From assembly GCA_040878925.1 (NCBI GenBank), contig JBBDLI010000007.1:23410-87409 (forward strand): a stretch of DNA of 64,000 nucleotides. Reading direction: 5' to 3'. The first letter of the stretch is position 1. Each line of letters opens with the position of its first letter. The notes under the pieces are model-generated. The model had not been told where the DNA came from. It saw only the letters and a program-made list of their open reading frames with translations, and searched no databases. The position numbers and the translations under genes are program-made. This DNA comes from Steroidobacteraceae bacterium (GTDB taxonomy: Bacteria > Pseudomonadota > Gammaproteobacteria > Steroidobacterales > Steroidobacteraceae). Shown here piece after piece: positions 9,116-20,615 of this stretch.

Positions 9116-11551
9116 ATGCTGCGTCGGCTCATCGCAGGCTTCCTTATCGCCCACGCCGGCGCGGCACTCGCGCAGGCGCCGGGCGAATTCACTGTCGGGG
9201 ACATCCGCGTCGAAGGCCTGCAGCGAATCTCCGAGGGCACGGTCTACAACTACCTGCCGGTCAACATCGGCGACCGCATGGACCAGCGCCGCATCCAGGA
9301 GGCGATCCGCGCGCTGTTCGCGACCGGCTTCTTCAGCGACATCGAGGTCCGCCGGGATGGCGAGACGCTTGTCGTCGCGGTGCGCGAGCGCCCTTCGATC
9401 GAGAGTTTTGAGATCACCGGCAACAAGGACATCAAGACCGAGGATCTCCAGAAATCGCTGCGCGCGGTCGGCCTGGCGACGGGCAAGACCTTCGATCGCT
9501 CGGTGCTCGAGGAGGTGCGGAGCTTCCTGACGGACCAGTACTTCAGCCGCGGCAAGTACGCGGTGAGCATCGATCCGCAGGTCGAGGAAGTCCCCGGCAA
9601 CAAGGTCCGCATCAAGATCGACGTCGTCGAGGGCGACCGCGCGCGCATCCGCCAGATCAACCTCGTCGGCAACACGGCCTATGACGACGAGGAACTGCTC
9701 GACACGTTGGAGCTCCGCACCCCCAACTGGCTGTCGTGGTACCGCCAGGACGACCGCTACTCGCGCGAATCGCTGCAAGGCGACATCGAGACGCTTCAGT
9801 CCTACTACCAGGACCGCGGTTACGCCAACTTCGAGGTGGAGTCGACCCAGGTCGCGATCGCACCCGAGAAGGACGACATCTTCATCACGCTCAACCTGCG
9901 CGAGGGCGACGTGTACAAGGTCGGCGAGGTCAAGGTGGCCGGCACCATGAAGGTTCCGGAGGCGGAGCTGAGGCGGCTGCTGATCGTCAAGCCGGGGCAG
10001 GTGTACTCGCGCAAGCTCATCACCCAGTCCCAGGAGCTCATGTCGTTCCGACTCGGCGTCGAGGGCTACGCCTTCGCGAAGATCGACCCGGTGCCCCGGG
10101 CAAACGAGGAGACGAAGACGATCGATCTCACGTTCTTCGTCGATGCGGGCAATCGCGCCTATGTGCGCCGCATCAACTTCATCAATACGAGCTCCGTCGA
10201 CGACGAGGTGCTGCGGCGCGAGATGCGCCAGATGGAGGGTTCGTACCTGTCGAATGCGCTGCTCGAGCGGTCGAAGGAGCGGCTCCAGCGGCTGCCGTAC
10301 ATCGAGAAAGTCGAGTTCGAGTCGACCCCCGTCCCCGGCACGCCGGATCTCGTGGACATCGATTTCGACGTCAAAGAAGGACTGCCGGGCCAGTTCAGCG
10401 GCGGCATCGGCTATTCCGAGTCGCAATCGTTCATCCTGAACGGCAGCTTCGTGCATTCGAATTTCATGGGTACGGGCGAGCGCGTGGCGCTCGAGCTCCT
10501 CACTGGCCGGTTCTCGCAGTCGTACAGCCTCTCGCATACCGATCCATACACGAACGTGGACGGCATCTCGCGCACGATGGCGCTGCAATACCGGGACATC
10601 ACGCAGTACGTGTCGGCGGCATCGGATTTCTCGACCACGACGATGTCCTGGACGCTCGAGTACGGCTACCCGATCACGGAATTCCAGGGACTGCGCTTCG
10701 GGCTCATCACCCAGGTCTCCGATCTCATCGTCAATCCTGCGAACAGCGCGCCGGAGGCGGTCACCTGGGTGCGGAACAACGGCAACCCTTACACGCGGGT
10801 CATCGAGCGCGAGTTTCCGAACCCCGACGACCCGGATGATCCGACGATCATCACCACGACGCTCTTCGGCACGAAGTTCAACACCTTCGAGCTCGTCGGC
10901 GGCTGGTACTACGACTCGCGGAACCGCGCGATCTTCGCGGACCGCGGCGTGCAGCATTCGGCCAGCCTCGCAGTCACGGCGCCGGGCAGCGAGGTCGATT
11001 ACTACACATTCCGCTACGACTACCTCCAGCTCTTCCCGCTCTACAGGCAGTGGACGCTCGCGCTCTCGGCCGAGCTCGGTTTCGGCGATGCGCTCGGCAA
11101 GGACACGTCCGCCCTGCCGCCGTACCGGCAGTTCTTCGCCGGCGGCCCGGGATCGGTGCGCGGCTTCACCGAGAGCCGGCTCGGACCCAAGGACGGCTTC
11201 GGCAATCCCTATGGCGGCAACATGAAGGTCATCGGCCGGGCAGAGCTCCTGTTCCCGGTGCCGGAGAAGTGGCGGGCGAGCACACGCATCAGCGCGTTCT
11301 TCGACGTCGGCAACGTCTTTTCCCAGGGCTCGTCCATCGACTTCGTCGGCGAGGACGGTCGCACGCCGGTGGACTACGAGTTCGATTACAATGAATTGAA
11401 GCAATCCGCGGGCCTTTCCATCCAATGGATGGCGCCGCTGGGGATTTTCCGGTTCAGCTATGGCATCCCGCTGAACGAGTTCAAGGGCGACGGCATCCGC
11501 TATGCGGACGAGGTCGAGCGCTTCCAGTTCACGATCGGTTCCGCATTCTGA
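9116..11551 (+). CDS. bamA: outer membrane protein assembly factor BamA
   Basis: The 811-aa protein has a signal peptide, POTRA repeats (IRVEGLQRISEGTV...) and a C-terminal beta-barrel ending ...RFQFTIGSAF. Confidence 0.95.
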   Translation: MLRRLIAGFLIAHAGAALAQAPGEFTVGDIRVEGLQRISEGTVYNYLPVNIGDRMDQRRIQEAIRALFATGFFSDIEVRRDGETLVVAVRERPSIESFEITGNKDIKTEDLQKSLRAVGLATGKTFDRSVLEEVRSFLTDQYFSRGKYAVSIDPQVEEVPGNKVRIKIDVVEGDRARIRQINLVGNTAYDDEELLDTLELRTPNWLSWYRQDDRYSRESLQGDIETLQSYYQDRGYANFEVESTQVAIAPEKDDIFITLNLREGDVYKVGEVKVAGTMKVPEAELRRLLIVKPGQVYSRKLITQSQELMSFRLGVEGYAFAKIDPVPRANEETKTIDLTFFVDAGNRAYVRRINFINTSSVDDEVLRREMRQMEGSYLSNALLERSKERLQRLPYIEKVEFESTPVPGTPDLVDIDFDVKEGLPGQFSGGIGYSESQSFILNGSFVHSNFMGTGERVALELLTGRFSQSYSLSHTDPYTNVDGISRTMALQYRDITQYVSAASDFSTTTMSWTLEYGYPITEFQGLRFGLITQVSDLIVNPANSAPEAVTWVRNNGNPYTRVIEREFPNPDDPDDPTIITTTLFGTKFNTFELVGGWYYDSRNRAIFADRGVQHSASLAVTAPGSEVDYYTFRYDYLQLFPLYRQWTLALSAELGFGDALGKDTSALPPYRQFFAGGPGSVRGFTESRLGPKDGFGNPYGGNMKVIGRAELLFPVPEKWRASTRISAFFDVGNVFSQGSSIDFVGEDGRTPVDYEFDYNELKQSAGLSIQWMAPLGIFRFSYGIPLNEFKGDGIRYADEVERFQFTIGSAF

Positions 11552-11564
11552 TAGTCGAGGCTAG

Positions 11565-12113
11565 ATGACACCCATGACCAGGCACATTCTTTCCTGCGCG
11601 CTACTCGTTGCCGCGGCGCTCGCGGCGGCCCCCGCAGGCCATGCCGCCGAGCTCAAGATCGGCTTCGTCAATTTCGGCCGCCTGCTCGAGGAGTCGCCGC
11701 AGGCGAAGGCCGCCCAGCAGGCGCTCGAAGGCGAATTCCTGCCGCGCCAGCGCGACGTCGCTGCCCAGCAGAAGTCGCTCGAGGAGAAAAGCGACAAGCT
11801 GAAGAAAGAGGCCGCCGTGATGTCGGAGGCGGATCGCGTCAGGACCGAGCGCGAGGTCCGCGATCTCGAGCTCAACGTCCAGCGCCGCTTCAAAGAACTT
11901 CAGGAAGACCTGAACATGCGCCGCAACGAGGAAGTGGGCCGGATGCAGCGCGCGCTGCTGCAGGAAGTCCAGGCCTACGCCAAGGCGAACGGTTACCAGC
12001 TCGTCGTCAGCGAAGGCGTGCTGTTCGCCGCCGAGGGCATCGACATCACGCCGCAGGTCGTCGCAGCGATCAAATCCAAAGCGCCGGCGCCCGCGACACC
12101 GCCCAAGACCTGA
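11565..12113 (+). CDS. skp: periplasmic chaperone Skp/OmpH
   Basis: The 182-aa protein has a signal peptide followed by a coiled-coil-rich K/E/Q sequence. It sits in the canonical position between bamA and lpxD. Confidence 0.8.
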   Translation: MTPMTRHILSCALLVAAALAAAPAGHAAELKIGFVNFGRLLEESPQAKAAQQALEGEFLPRQRDVAAQQKSLEEKSDKLKKEAAVMSEADRVRTEREVRDLELNVQRRFKELQEDLNMRRNEEVGRMQRALLQEVQAYAKANGYQLVVSEGVLFAAEGIDITPQVVAAIKSKAPAPATPPKT

Positions 12114-12143
12114 GTCGCGGGCATCCGCCAGGGGAGCGCCGCG

Positions 12144-13130
12144 ATGGCGATTACGCTCGGCGAGCTCGCCGTCCGTTACGGACTGGAGCTCGCCGGCGAT
12201 CCCGACCAGGCGATCGACGGCGTCGCGGCGCTCGCCACGGCGACGCCCGGCAAGCTCTCCTTCTGCACCGGCCCCAGGTACCGCAAGCAACTCGCGGCCA
12301 CGCGCGCGACCGCGGTCGTCGTGCCGCGTGAGCTCGCCGCGGAATGCCCGGTCGCGGCGCTCATCAGCGAGCGGCCTTACGCGAGCTTTGCGCGCATTGC
12401 CGCCGGCCTGAACCCGCCCGCGCCGGTGAAGGCGGGCGTCGCGCCCGGCGCGCAGATCGCAGGATCGGCGAAGGTCGCCGCGAGCGCGTGGATCGGGCCG
12501 CATGCCGTCGTCGGCGCGGGCGCCGTGATCGGCGAGCGCTGCTCCGTCGGACCGCACTGTGTCATCGAGGACGGCGCCCGGCTCGGCGACGATTGCCGGC
12601 TCCAGGCGGGCGTGACGATCTGCCACGACGTATCGATCGGCGCGCGCTGCGTGTTCAAGCCGGGTGCGGTCGTCGGCAGCGACGGCTTCGGGTTCGCGCC
12701 CGACGTGGACGGCTACGTCAAGGTTCCGCATCTCGGCAGCGCGCGGCTCGGGAACGACGTCGAGGTCGGCGCGAACACGACGATCGATCGCGGAACCATC
12801 GAAGACACCGTCATCGACGACGGCGTGAAGCTGGACAACCAGGTGCAGGTCGGCCATAACTGCCGCATCGGGGCCCACACGGTGATCGCCGGCTGTGTCG
12901 GCATCTCGGGCAGCACGATCATCGGCAGCCGCTGCATGATCGGCGGCGCAGTGGGAATCGCCGGTCATCTCGAGATCGGCGATGAGGTCGTCGTGACCGG
13001 CTATTCACTGGTCACGCATGCGCTGCCCGGCCCGGGAACCTATTCCTCGGGCATGCCGGCGATCGAGGTCGCGAAATGGCGCAGGGCGGTCGCGCGCCTG
13101 CACCGGCTCGAACGGGAGAAGAAGCGATGA
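12144..13130 (+). CDS. lpxD: UDP-3-O-acylglucosamine N-acyltransferase
   Basis: The protein has hexapeptide repeats and an LpxD-type N-terminus (ITLGELA...). Confidence 0.93.
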   Translation: MAITLGELAVRYGLELAGDPDQAIDGVAALATATPGKLSFCTGPRYRKQLAATRATAVVVPRELAAECPVAALISERPYASFARIAAGLNPPAPVKAGVAPGAQIAGSAKVAASAWIGPHAVVGAGAVIGERCSVGPHCVIEDGARLGDDCRLQAGVTICHDVSIGARCVFKPGAVVGSDGFGFAPDVDGYVKVPHLGSARLGNDVEVGANTTIDRGTIEDTVIDDGVKLDNQVQVGHNCRIGAHTVIAGCVGISGSTIIGSRCMIGGAVGIAGHLEIGDEVVVTGYSLVTHALPGPGTYSSGMPAIEVAKWRRAVARLHRLEREKKR

Positions 13131-13582
13131 GCGAAGGGTTTCCGATGGACATCCAGGCCGTGCTCGCGCAGCTTCCGCACCGCTATCCATTCCTGCTGGT
13201 CGACCGCGTCGTCGAATGCGTGCCGGGCAAGCGCATCGAGGCCATCAAGAATGTCACCGTGAATGAACCGTTCTTTTCCGGGCATTTTCCGGGCCGGCCG
13301 GTGATGCCCGGGGTCATGATCCTCGAGGCGCTCGCGCAGGCGGCGGGAATACTGGCGTTCAAGACCGCGGGCGTAGTGCCGGACCAGCACTCCCGCTTCT
13401 ACTTCGTCGGCATCGACGGCGCCCGCTTCCGGCGCCCCGTCGAGCCCGGCGACCAGCTCGTGTTGAAAGCGACCCTCGAGCGGTCGATCCGGGGAATCTG
13501 GAAATTCGCGACGGTCGCCGAAGTCGACGGCGCCGAGGCCGCATCGGCCACGATGATGGTCGCGCCGGAGGTCAAGCCTTGA
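13127..13582 (+). CDS. fabZ: 3-hydroxyacyl-ACP dehydratase FabZ
   Basis: The ATGA start overlaps the lpxD stop. [13 protein letters not shown]...[18 protein letters not shown] are FabZ motifs. Confidence 0.95.
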   Translation: MSEGFPMDIQAVLAQLPHRYPFLLVDRVVECVPGKRIEAIKNVTVNEPFFSGHFPGRPVMPGVMILEALAQAAGILAFKTAGVVPDQHSRFYFVGIDGARFRRPVEPGDQLVLKATLERSIRGIWKFATVAEVDGAEAASATMMVAPEVKP

Positions 13583-14349
13583 TCGATCCGCGGGCGATCG
13601 TCGCGCCCGACGCCGAAATCGGCGACGGGGTGGAGATCGGACCGTTCGCCGTGATCGGGTCCGGCGTACGCATCGGCGCAGGCTGCTGGATCGGTACGCA
13701 CGCGGTCGTCAACGGGCCGACCACGCTCGGCCGCGACAACAAGGTGTTCCAGTTCGCGTCGGTCGGCGACGCACCGCAGGACCGGAAGTACGCCGGCGAG
13801 CCCACGAAACTCGAGGTGGGGGACCGCAACGTGTTCCGGGAATTCTGCTCGATCAACCGCGGCACCGTCGGCGGGCGGGGCACGACCACGATCGCGGACG
13901 ATTGCCTGTTCATGGCGTACTCGCACGTCGCGCACGATTGCATCGTCGGCAGTCACTGCATCATGTCGAACTGTACTGCCCTTGCCGGCCATGTCGAGCT
14001 CGGCGACTGGGTGATCCTGTCCGGCTACGCCGGCATTCATCAATTCTGCAAGGTCGGCGCGCATTCGTTTCTGGCCAACAACGCGGCGGTCACGCGGGAC
14101 GTCCCGCCCTACCTGCTGGTTGCGGGTTCTCCCGCCGAGCCCAAGGGCGTCAACAGCGAGGGACTGAAACGGCGCGGTTTCGACGCGGCGCAGATTGCCA
14201 ACATCAAGAACGCCTATCGTCTTTTCTACCGGTCGGGACTCAAGCGGGTCGATGCCGAGGCAGAACTCCGCGCGCTCGTGCCGTCCCAGCCGGAGCTGAA
14301 GCCGTTCGTGGATTTCCTCGCCGCCAGCGAACGCAGCATCATCCGCTAA
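13579..14349 (+). CDS. lpxA: acyl-ACP--UDP-GlcNAc O-acyltransferase
   Basis: The TTG start overlaps the fabZ TGA. The N-terminus [23 protein letters not shown] is followed by hexapeptide repeats. Confidence 0.93.
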   Translation: MIDPRAIVAPDAEIGDGVEIGPFAVIGSGVRIGAGCWIGTHAVVNGPTTLGRDNKVFQFASVGDAPQDRKYAGEPTKLEVGDRNVFREFCSINRGTVGGRGTTTIADDCLFMAYSHVAHDCIVGSHCIMSNCTALAGHVELGDWVILSGYAGIHQFCKVGAHSFLANNAAVTRDVPPYLLVAGSPAEPKGVNSEGLKRRGFDAAQIANIKNAYRLFYRSGLKRVDAEAELRALVPSQPELKPFVDFLAASERSIIR

Positions 14350-14358
14350 GGAGCCTCC

Positions 14359-15525
14359 ATGGCAGCCGTCCGCGCGCTGACGATCGGCCTCGTCGCCGGC
14401 GAGTCGTCCGGGGACAGTCTCGGCGCGGCCCTGATCCGCGCGCTCAAGGCGCGCGCGCCGGGCGTCCGCGTCGTCGGCGTCGCGGGGCCGGCGATGCAGG
14501 CGGCGGGCTGCGAGTCCTGGGCACGGTCGGAGGAGCTTGCGGTAATGGGGCTCTTCGAGGTGCTGCATCATCTGCCGCGCCTGCTGCGGCTGCGCGGCCG
14601 CATCCGGAATGCCATGCTCGAGCTGAAACCCGACGTGTTCGTCGGCATCGATGCGCCTGAATTCAATCTGGGTCTCGCGCGGACGCTGCATGCGGCAGGA
14701 ATTCATACCGTGCAGTACGTGAGCCCGCAGGTCTGGGCCTGGCGCCGCGGCCGCGCCCGGCGCATGGCGGGCTTCCTCGATCTCGTGCTTTGCCTCCTGC
14801 CGTTCGAACGCGCGGTCTACGACGAAGCGGGCCTGCGCGCGATTTTCGTCGGTCATCCGCTTGCGGATCAGCTTCCGCTCGTTCCGGACCAGGCTGCCGC
14901 GCGCACGGAGCTCGGCCTCGTGTCCGACGCCCCGGTCATTGCCTTGCTGCCCGGCAGCCGCATCGGCGAAGTCTCGCGCCTCGCCGGCGACTTCGCGGGC
15001 GCAATCGCCTGGCTCGCCGAGCGGCGCCCGGGCCTGCAATTCGTGGCCGCGCTAGCTGATGGTCGTACTCGCAGCGAATTTGAACGATCGCTGGCGTTGC
15101 ATGCGTCTGGAGCCTCGGTCCACCTCGTGGAAGGCCGGGCTCACGCGGTGCTTACGGCGGCGAGCGTCGTGCTCGTGGCCTCGGGGACGGCGACGCTCGA
15201 GACGCTCCTCTGCAAGCGTCCGATGGTCGTCGCCTATCGCCTGGGCGCACTGACCGCGCTCGCGCTCCGCCGTCTCGGGCTCATGAAGGCGGCCCATTTC
15301 GCGCAGCCCAACCTGCTCGCAGGCCGTGCCGTCGTCCCGGAGCTTGCACAGGGCCAAGTGACGCCGGAACGGCTCGGCCGGGAAATCGAACGCTGGCTCG
15401 ATACGCCTGCGGCGGTCGCTGAACTGCAAGTGCTCTTTACGGCCATCCACAGGCAGCTCAGGCGGGGCGCGAGTGAACAGGCGGCGGAGGCGGTGCTCGG
15501 CCTCGCCCGGGCGCAGGCGCCGTGA
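14359..15525 (+). CDS. lpxB: lipid-A-disaccharide synthase
   Basis: The 388-aa protein carries VAGESSGD...[10 protein letters not shown]... LpxB motifs. Confidence 0.92.
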   Translation: MAAVRALTIGLVAGESSGDSLGAALIRALKARAPGVRVVGVAGPAMQAAGCESWARSEELAVMGLFEVLHHLPRLLRLRGRIRNAMLELKPDVFVGIDAPEFNLGLARTLHAAGIHTVQYVSPQVWAWRRGRARRMAGFLDLVLCLLPFERAVYDEAGLRAIFVGHPLADQLPLVPDQAAARTELGLVSDAPVIALLPGSRIGEVSRLAGDFAGAIAWLAERRPGLQFVAALADGRTRSEFERSLALHASGASVHLVEGRAHAVLTAASVVLVASGTATLETLLCKRPMVVAYRLGALTALALRRLGLMKAAHFAQPNLLAGRAVVPELAQGQVTPERLGREIERWLDTPAAVAELQVLFTAIHRQLRRGASEQAAEAVLGLARAQAP

Positions 15526-16142
15526 GCCGCCGGATCGCCATGCGGCCACGGCTTGCCGGTGGCCTCACGGCCGGCGTTGACGAGGCTGGCCGCGGGCCGC
15601 TCGCCGGACCCGTCGTCGCCGCCGCCGTGATCCTGGATTCGCGCCGGCCGATTGCGGGCCTGCGCGATTCCAAGCTGCTCTGCCCGGAGGTCCGCGAGCG
15701 CCTCGCGGCCGAGATCCGCTCGAAATCCATCGCCTGGGCAATCGGCTGGGCCGACGCGGGCGAGATCGACGTGCTGAACATCCTGCAGGCGAGCCTGCTC
15801 GCGATGCGCCGCGCGCTCCAGGGACTCGCGGTCGCCCCGGGCCGCGTGCGCGTGGACGGCGATCGCTGCCCGGCGGAAGCCATGCTCGGCTTCTCCTGCG
15901 GCATCGACGCCGTGGTGCGGGGCGACGCGCGCATCCGCGAGATCAGCGCAGCGTCCATCCTGGCCAAAGTCAGCCGTGACGCCTGGATGACCCGCGTTGC
16001 CGGGGTCTATCCCGGCTACGGTTTCGAGCGCCACAAAGGCTATGCCACCGAAGAGCATTTGCGGCGGCTGGAACGGTTCGGCGCCTGCCGTCTGCACCGC
16101 CAGAGCTTCGCGCCGGTAAGATCGCAGCATGCATTCGACTGA
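15522..16142 (+). CDS. rnhB: ribonuclease HII
   Basis: The GTGA start overlaps the lpxB stop. [19 protein letters not shown]...DSKLL... are RNase HII motifs. Confidence 0.93.
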   Translation: MSRRIAMRPRLAGGLTAGVDEAGRGPLAGPVVAAAVILDSRRPIAGLRDSKLLCPEVRERLAAEIRSKSIAWAIGWADAGEIDVLNILQASLLAMRRALQGLAVAPGRVRVDGDRCPAEAMLGFSCGIDAVVRGDARIREISAASILAKVSRDAWMTRVAGVYPGYGFERHKGYATEEHLRRLERFGACRLHRQSFAPVRSQHAFD

Positions 16143-19100
16143 ACCCCGGGCACGCGATCCGCAATTCGTCCATCTGCGGCTGCACACCGAGTATTCGCTC
16201 GTCGACGGTATCGTCCGCGTCCCGCGGCTGATGCGCGCGGTGGCGCAGGCCGGCATGCCCGCCGTCGCCCTGACCGATCACGGCAATCTGTTCGCGATGG
16301 TCAAGTTTCATCGCGAGGCGGAGCGGCGGGGCGTGAAACCGATCATCGGCGTGGATCTGTGGATTCGGGACGCGAACGAGCGCGCCGAACCCACGCTACT
16401 GACGCTGCTCGCGCAGAACCCGGACGGATTTCGCAATCTCACGCGGCTCGTCTCGCGGAGTTATCTCGAAGGGCAGGACGGGGGCCGGCCCCTGCTATCG
16501 CGGGACTGGCTGGGCGCCGATTCGACCACGGGCCTGATCGCCCTGTCGGGCGGGTCGCAAGGCGACATCGGCCGGGCGCTCCTTGCCAACCGCGCAGCGG
16601 ACGCTGGCGAGCTGCTCGACCGCTGGCTTGCGCTGTTCGGCGACCGTTTTTACCTGGAGGTCCAGCGCAGCGGGCGCACGGGCGAGGAGGAATACATCGC
16701 CGGCGTGCTGGCGCTCGTGGCCTTGCGTCCGGCGCCGGTGGTCGCGACCAACGACGTGCGCTTTCTCGAGCGCGGCGAATTCGACGCGCACGAGGCGCGG
16801 GTCTGCATCCACGGGGGACGGCGGCTCGACGATCCGGATCGGCCGCGGCCTTATTCCGCCGAGCAGTACCTGAAGTCGCCCGGCGAGATGGCGGCGCTTT
16901 TCGCGGACCTGCCCGAGGCCTTGGCGAACAGCGTGGAGATCGCGCGGCGCTGCTCGTTGCCGCTGCCGCACGGCGACATCTTCATGCCGGCCTTCGAAGT
17001 GCCGGACGGCACGACGGCGCCGGAGTTCCTCCGGAAGCTCGCCGCGGAAGGGCTCGCGCGGCGGCTCTGCGCCGTCACGGACGAAGCCCCGCGCTATCGT
17101 CAGCGCTTGGACGAGGAAATCGCCGTGATCTGCGGCATGGGTTTCGAGGGTTATTTCCTCGTGGTTGCGGACTTCATCCGCTGGGCGCGCGAACAGGAGA
17201 TCCCGGTCGGGCCGGGCCGCGGCTCGGGCGCGGGCTCGCTCGTCGCCTGGGCGCTCGGCATCACGGACCTCGACCCGATTCGGCACGAGCTGCTGTTCGA
17301 GCGGTTCCTGAACCCGGAACGCGTCTCGTTGCCCGACTTCGACATCGACTTCTGCATGTCGCGCCGCGACCGCGTGATCGAGTACGTGGCGGACCGATAT
17401 GGGCGCGACCGCGTCTCGCAGATCATCACCTTCGGGTCGCTCGCCGCGCGCGCGGTCGTGCGCGACGTAGGGCGCGTGCTCGGCCTGCCGTACGGCTTCG
17501 TCGACGGCGTCGCCAAGCTCATTCCCTTCGAGCTCGGCATCACGCTCGCGGACGCGCTCGAGAAGGAGCCCGAGCTCGCGCGCCGCTACGGCGCCGAGGA
17601 CGACGTGCGCGACCTCATCGACCTTGCGCGCAAGCTCGAGGGGCTCGCGCGGAACGCCGGCACGCACGCGGGCGGCGTCGTGATCGCGCCGTCGCCGCTC
17701 ACCGACTTCACGGCGCTCTATTGCGAAGCGGGCGGCGCGAGCGTCGTGACGCAGTTCGACAAGGACGACGTCGAGCAGGTCGGGCTCGTCAAGTTCGACT
17801 TCCTCGGGCTCCGCACACTCACGATCATCGACCGGACGGTGAAGCTCATCAACGCGCGCCGGCTCGCTTCCGGCGAGGCGCCGCTCGATCTCGCGCGCCT
17901 GCCGCTCGACGACGCCGAGACGTACAAGCTCCTTCGGACCTGCCGCACGACGGCGATCTTCCAGCTCGAGTCGCGCGGGATGAAAGATCTCGTGCGCAAG
18001 CTCCAGCCCGACTGCTTCGACGACATCGTGGCGCTCGTCGCACTGTTCCGGCCTGGCCCGCTCCAGTCCGGGATGGTGGACGACTTCATGGCGCGCAAGC
18101 ACGGGCGCAACAGCGGCGCGATCGACTACCTGCATCCGAGCCTCGCCGGAATCCTGAAGCCCACCTACGGCGTCATCCTCTACCAGGAGCAGGTGATGCA
18201 GATCGCGCAGACGCTGTCGGGCTACACGCTCGGCGGCGCGGACCTCCTGCGCCGCGCGATGGGCAAGAAGAAGCCGGAGGAAATGGCGACGCAGCGCTCG
18301 GTGTTCGTCGAGGGCGCCGTGCAGCGCGGCGTGCCGGCTGCGCGCGCGGGCCAGATTTTCGACCTGATCGAGAAATTCGCGGGCTACGGCTTCAATAAAT
18401 CGCACTCTGCGGCCTACGCGCTCCTCGCCTACCAGACCGCCTGGCTCAAGGCGCACTACCCCGAGGCCTTCATGGCGGCGGTGCTCTCCTCGGACATGGA
18501 GCACACCGACAAGGTCGTTTCCTTCATCGACGAGTGCAGCGGCATCGGGCTCGAGGTGCTGCCGCCCGACGTCAACGCCTCGATGTACCCGTTCACGGTC
18601 GCGGGCCCCGGCACGATTCGCTACGGCCTCGGCGCGATCAAGGGAGTCGGGGAGGGCGCCGTGGACGCGATCGTCCGCGAGCGCGAGCGCGGCGGCGCAT
18701 TCCAGGATCTCGCGGACCTGTGCCGGCGCGTGGATCTCCGACTCGCGGGCAAGCGCACGCTCGAAGCGATGCTGAAATCGGGCTGCTTCGATTGCTTCGG
18801 CCGGACGCGCGCGACGCTCGCGCAGGCGCTGCCGGCCGCGATCCAGTTCGGTGAGCAGCGGACGCGCGCGTTCGCGGCCGGCCAGGACGACCTGTTCGGC
18901 GGCCTCGCGGCACCTGCGCCCGGACTCGCGCAACCGCCGATCGAATTTGCCGCCGTGCCCGAATGGAGCGAGGCGCAGCGGCTGCAGGGCGAGCGCGAGA
19001 CGCTGGGGCTGTTCCTGTCGGGGCATCCGATTGCCGAATATGAGCAGGAACTGCGACAGGTGGCGCCGGCGCGAATCGTGGACCTCGGCGGCCCCCGGCC

Positions 19101-19638
19101 GGCCGCGGACGCCCGCGGCTATGGCGCCGGAAAAAACGTGACTGTGGCGGGCCTCGTGCTCGAGCTGCGCCGCCGCGGCGCGCGCATGACGCTGCTGCTC
19201 GACGATCGCAGCGCGCGCATCGAAGTGAGCCTGTTCGAGGACGTCTGGCAGCAGCATCGCGCGGTGATTGCGCGCGACGCGATCCTGGTCGTCGAAGGGC
19301 AGCTGCGCTTCGACGAGTTCATCGAGGAGTGGCGCATCAACGCAAGGAAACTCACGCCGATCCATGAGCTTCGCGAGCGCGAGGCGCGCAGGCTTCAGAT
19401 CCGCCTTCCGGCCGGCGGCGGCGACGGGAGCCTGCTCTCGCGGCTCGAGGAAACGCTGCGGCCGTGGCGCGGCGGGCGCTGCGGCGTCGACGTGCATTAC
19501 ATCGGCGGCGAGGCGCGCGGAACGCTCACGCTCGGCGAGGAATGGTCGGTGACGCCCGCGAAGGCGCTCCTCGACGAGCTCGCGAAGCTAGTGGGCCGGG
19601 ACGGCCTCAGGCTGACCTACGGGCCGCGCGCGGACTGA
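16129..19638 (+). CDS. dnaE: DNA polymerase III alpha subunit
   Basis: The 1169-aa protein starts with a PHP domain ([15 protein letters not shown]) and contains [21 protein letters not shown] and [10 protein letters not shown]. Confidence 0.97.
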   Translation: MHSTEPRARDPQFVHLRLHTEYSLVDGIVRVPRLMRAVAQAGMPAVALTDHGNLFAMVKFHREAERRGVKPIIGVDLWIRDANERAEPTLLTLLAQNPDGFRNLTRLVSRSYLEGQDGGRPLLSRDWLGADSTTGLIALSGGSQGDIGRALLANRAADAGELLDRWLALFGDRFYLEVQRSGRTGEEEYIAGVLALVALRPAPVVATNDVRFLERGEFDAHEARVCIHGGRRLDDPDRPRPYSAEQYLKSPGEMAALFADLPEALANSVEIARRCSLPLPHGDIFMPAFEVPDGTTAPEFLRKLAAEGLARRLCAVTDEAPRYRQRLDEEIAVICGMGFEGYFLVVADFIRWAREQEIPVGPGRGSGAGSLVAWALGITDLDPIRHELLFERFLNPERVSLPDFDIDFCMSRRDRVIEYVADRYGRDRVSQIITFGSLAARAVVRDVGRVLGLPYGFVDGVAKLIPFELGITLADALEKEPELARRYGAEDDVRDLIDLARKLEGLARNAGTHAGGVVIAPSPLTDFTALYCEAGGASVVTQFDKDDVEQVGLVKFDFLGLRTLTIIDRTVKLINARRLASGEAPLDLARLPLDDAETYKLLRTCRTTAIFQLESRGMKDLVRKLQPDCFDDIVALVALFRPGPLQSGMVDDFMARKHGRNSGAIDYLHPSLAGILKPTYGVILYQEQVMQIAQTLSGYTLGGADLLRRAMGKKKPEEMATQRSVFVEGAVQRGVPAARAGQIFDLIEKFAGYGFNKSHSAAYALLAYQTAWLKAHYPEAFMAAVLSSDMEHTDKVVSFIDECSGIGLEVLPPDVNASMYPFTVAGPGTIRYGLGAIKGVGEGAVDAIVRERERGGAFQDLADLCRRVDLRLAGKRTLEAMLKSGCFDCFGRTRATLAQALPAAIQFGEQRTRAFAAGQDDLFGGLAAPAPGLAQPPIEFAAVPEWSEAQRLQGERETLGLFLSGHPIAEYEQELRQVAPARIVDLGGPRPAADARGYGAGKNVTVAGLVLELRRRGARMTLLLDDRSARIEVSLFEDVWQQHRAVIARDAILVVEGQLRFDEFIEEWRINARKLTPIHELREREARRLQIRLPAGGGDGSLLSRLEETLRPWRGGRCGVDVHYIGGEARGTLTLGEEWSVTPAKALLDELAKLVGRDGLRLTYGPRAD

Positions 19639-19654
19639 CCGTTATACTGCGCGC

Positions 19655-20614
19655 ATGCCGCTCCAGTTCCTCGACTTCGAACAGCCGATCGCCGAGCTCG
19701 AGGCGAAAATCGAGGAGCTGCGCTTTCTGGCCGAGGGCTCCGATCTCAATACTTCCGAAGAAATCGACAAGCTCCGTGCCAAGAGCCGGTCGCTCGCGAC
19801 GAGCATCTTCACGAACCTCACGTCGTGGCAGATCACGCAGCTCGCCCGCCACCCGCAGCGGCCTTACATGCTCGACTACGTCCCGATCGTCTTCACCGAA
19901 TTCCAGGAACTGCATGGCGATCGCATGTACGCGGACGACCAGTCGATCGTCGGCGGCATCGCGCGCCTCGCCGGCACGCCGGTCATGGTGATCGGCCAGC
20001 AGAAAGGGCGCGACACCAAGGAGCGCGTGCGGCGCAACTACGGCATGCCGAAACCCGAAGGCTATCGCAAGGCGCGCCGGCTGATGCTGACGGCGGAGCG
20101 CTTCGGCCTGCCGCTCGTCACGCTGATCGACACGCCCGGCGCCTATCCCGGCATCGGCTCGGAAGAGCGCAACCAGAGCGAGGCGATCGCGCGAAACCTC
20201 TTCGACATGGCGCGGCTCGCGGTCCCGGTCGTGAGCTGCGTCATCGGCGAGGGCGGATCGGGCGGCGCGCTCGCGATCGGCGTCTGCGACCGCCTGCTGA
20301 TGCTGCAATACAGCATCTATTCGGTGATCTCGCCCGAAGGCTGCGCGTCCATCCTCTGGAAGAGCGCCGACCGCCGCGAGCTCGCGGCCGAGGCCATGGG
20401 CATCACGGCCGAGCGCCTGTCGAAACTCGATTTGGTCGACGAAGTGATTCCCGAGCCGCTCGGCGGCGCCCACCGCGGCCCACAGACGATGGCGGAGCGG
20501 CTCCGCGAGTCGCTCGTGCGCCAGCTCGAATCGCTGACCGCGTTGCCCGTCGAACAGCTTCTCGCCGAGCGGCAGAAACGGCTCCGCGGCTTCGGGGTTT
20601 TCGGCGGCGCCTGA
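19655..20614 (+). CDS. accA: acetyl-CoA carboxylase carboxyltransferase alpha subunit
   Basis: [18 protein letters not shown]...[20 protein letters not shown] are AccA motifs. Confidence 0.96.
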   Translation: MPLQFLDFEQPIAELEAKIEELRFLAEGSDLNTSEEIDKLRAKSRSLATSIFTNLTSWQITQLARHPQRPYMLDYVPIVFTEFQELHGDRMYADDQSIVGGIARLAGTPVMVIGQQKGRDTKERVRRNYGMPKPEGYRKARRLMLTAERFGLPLVTLIDTPGAYPGIGSEERNQSEAIARNLFDMARLAVPVVSCVIGEGGSGGALAIGVCDRLLMLQYSIYSVISPEGCASILWKSADRRELAAEAMGITAERLSKLDLVDEVIPEPLGGAHRGPQTMAERLRESLVRQLESLTALPVEQLLAERQKRLRGFGVFGGA

Positions 20615-20615
20615 G

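Noticed and set aside
9074-11425. Very long antisense ORFs in the track. They include 9074..11425 (783 aa, opposite bamA), 16495..19497 (1000 aa, opposite dnaE), 7216..9240, 3582..4919, 29775..31325, 51145..53283 and 58721..60169.
   Set aside because: They are Arg/Ala/Gly/Pro-rich and show no recognisable motifs. Each lies exactly opposite a gene with unambiguous homology. Such ORFs are the expected artefact of scarce stop codons in roughly 70% GC DNA.
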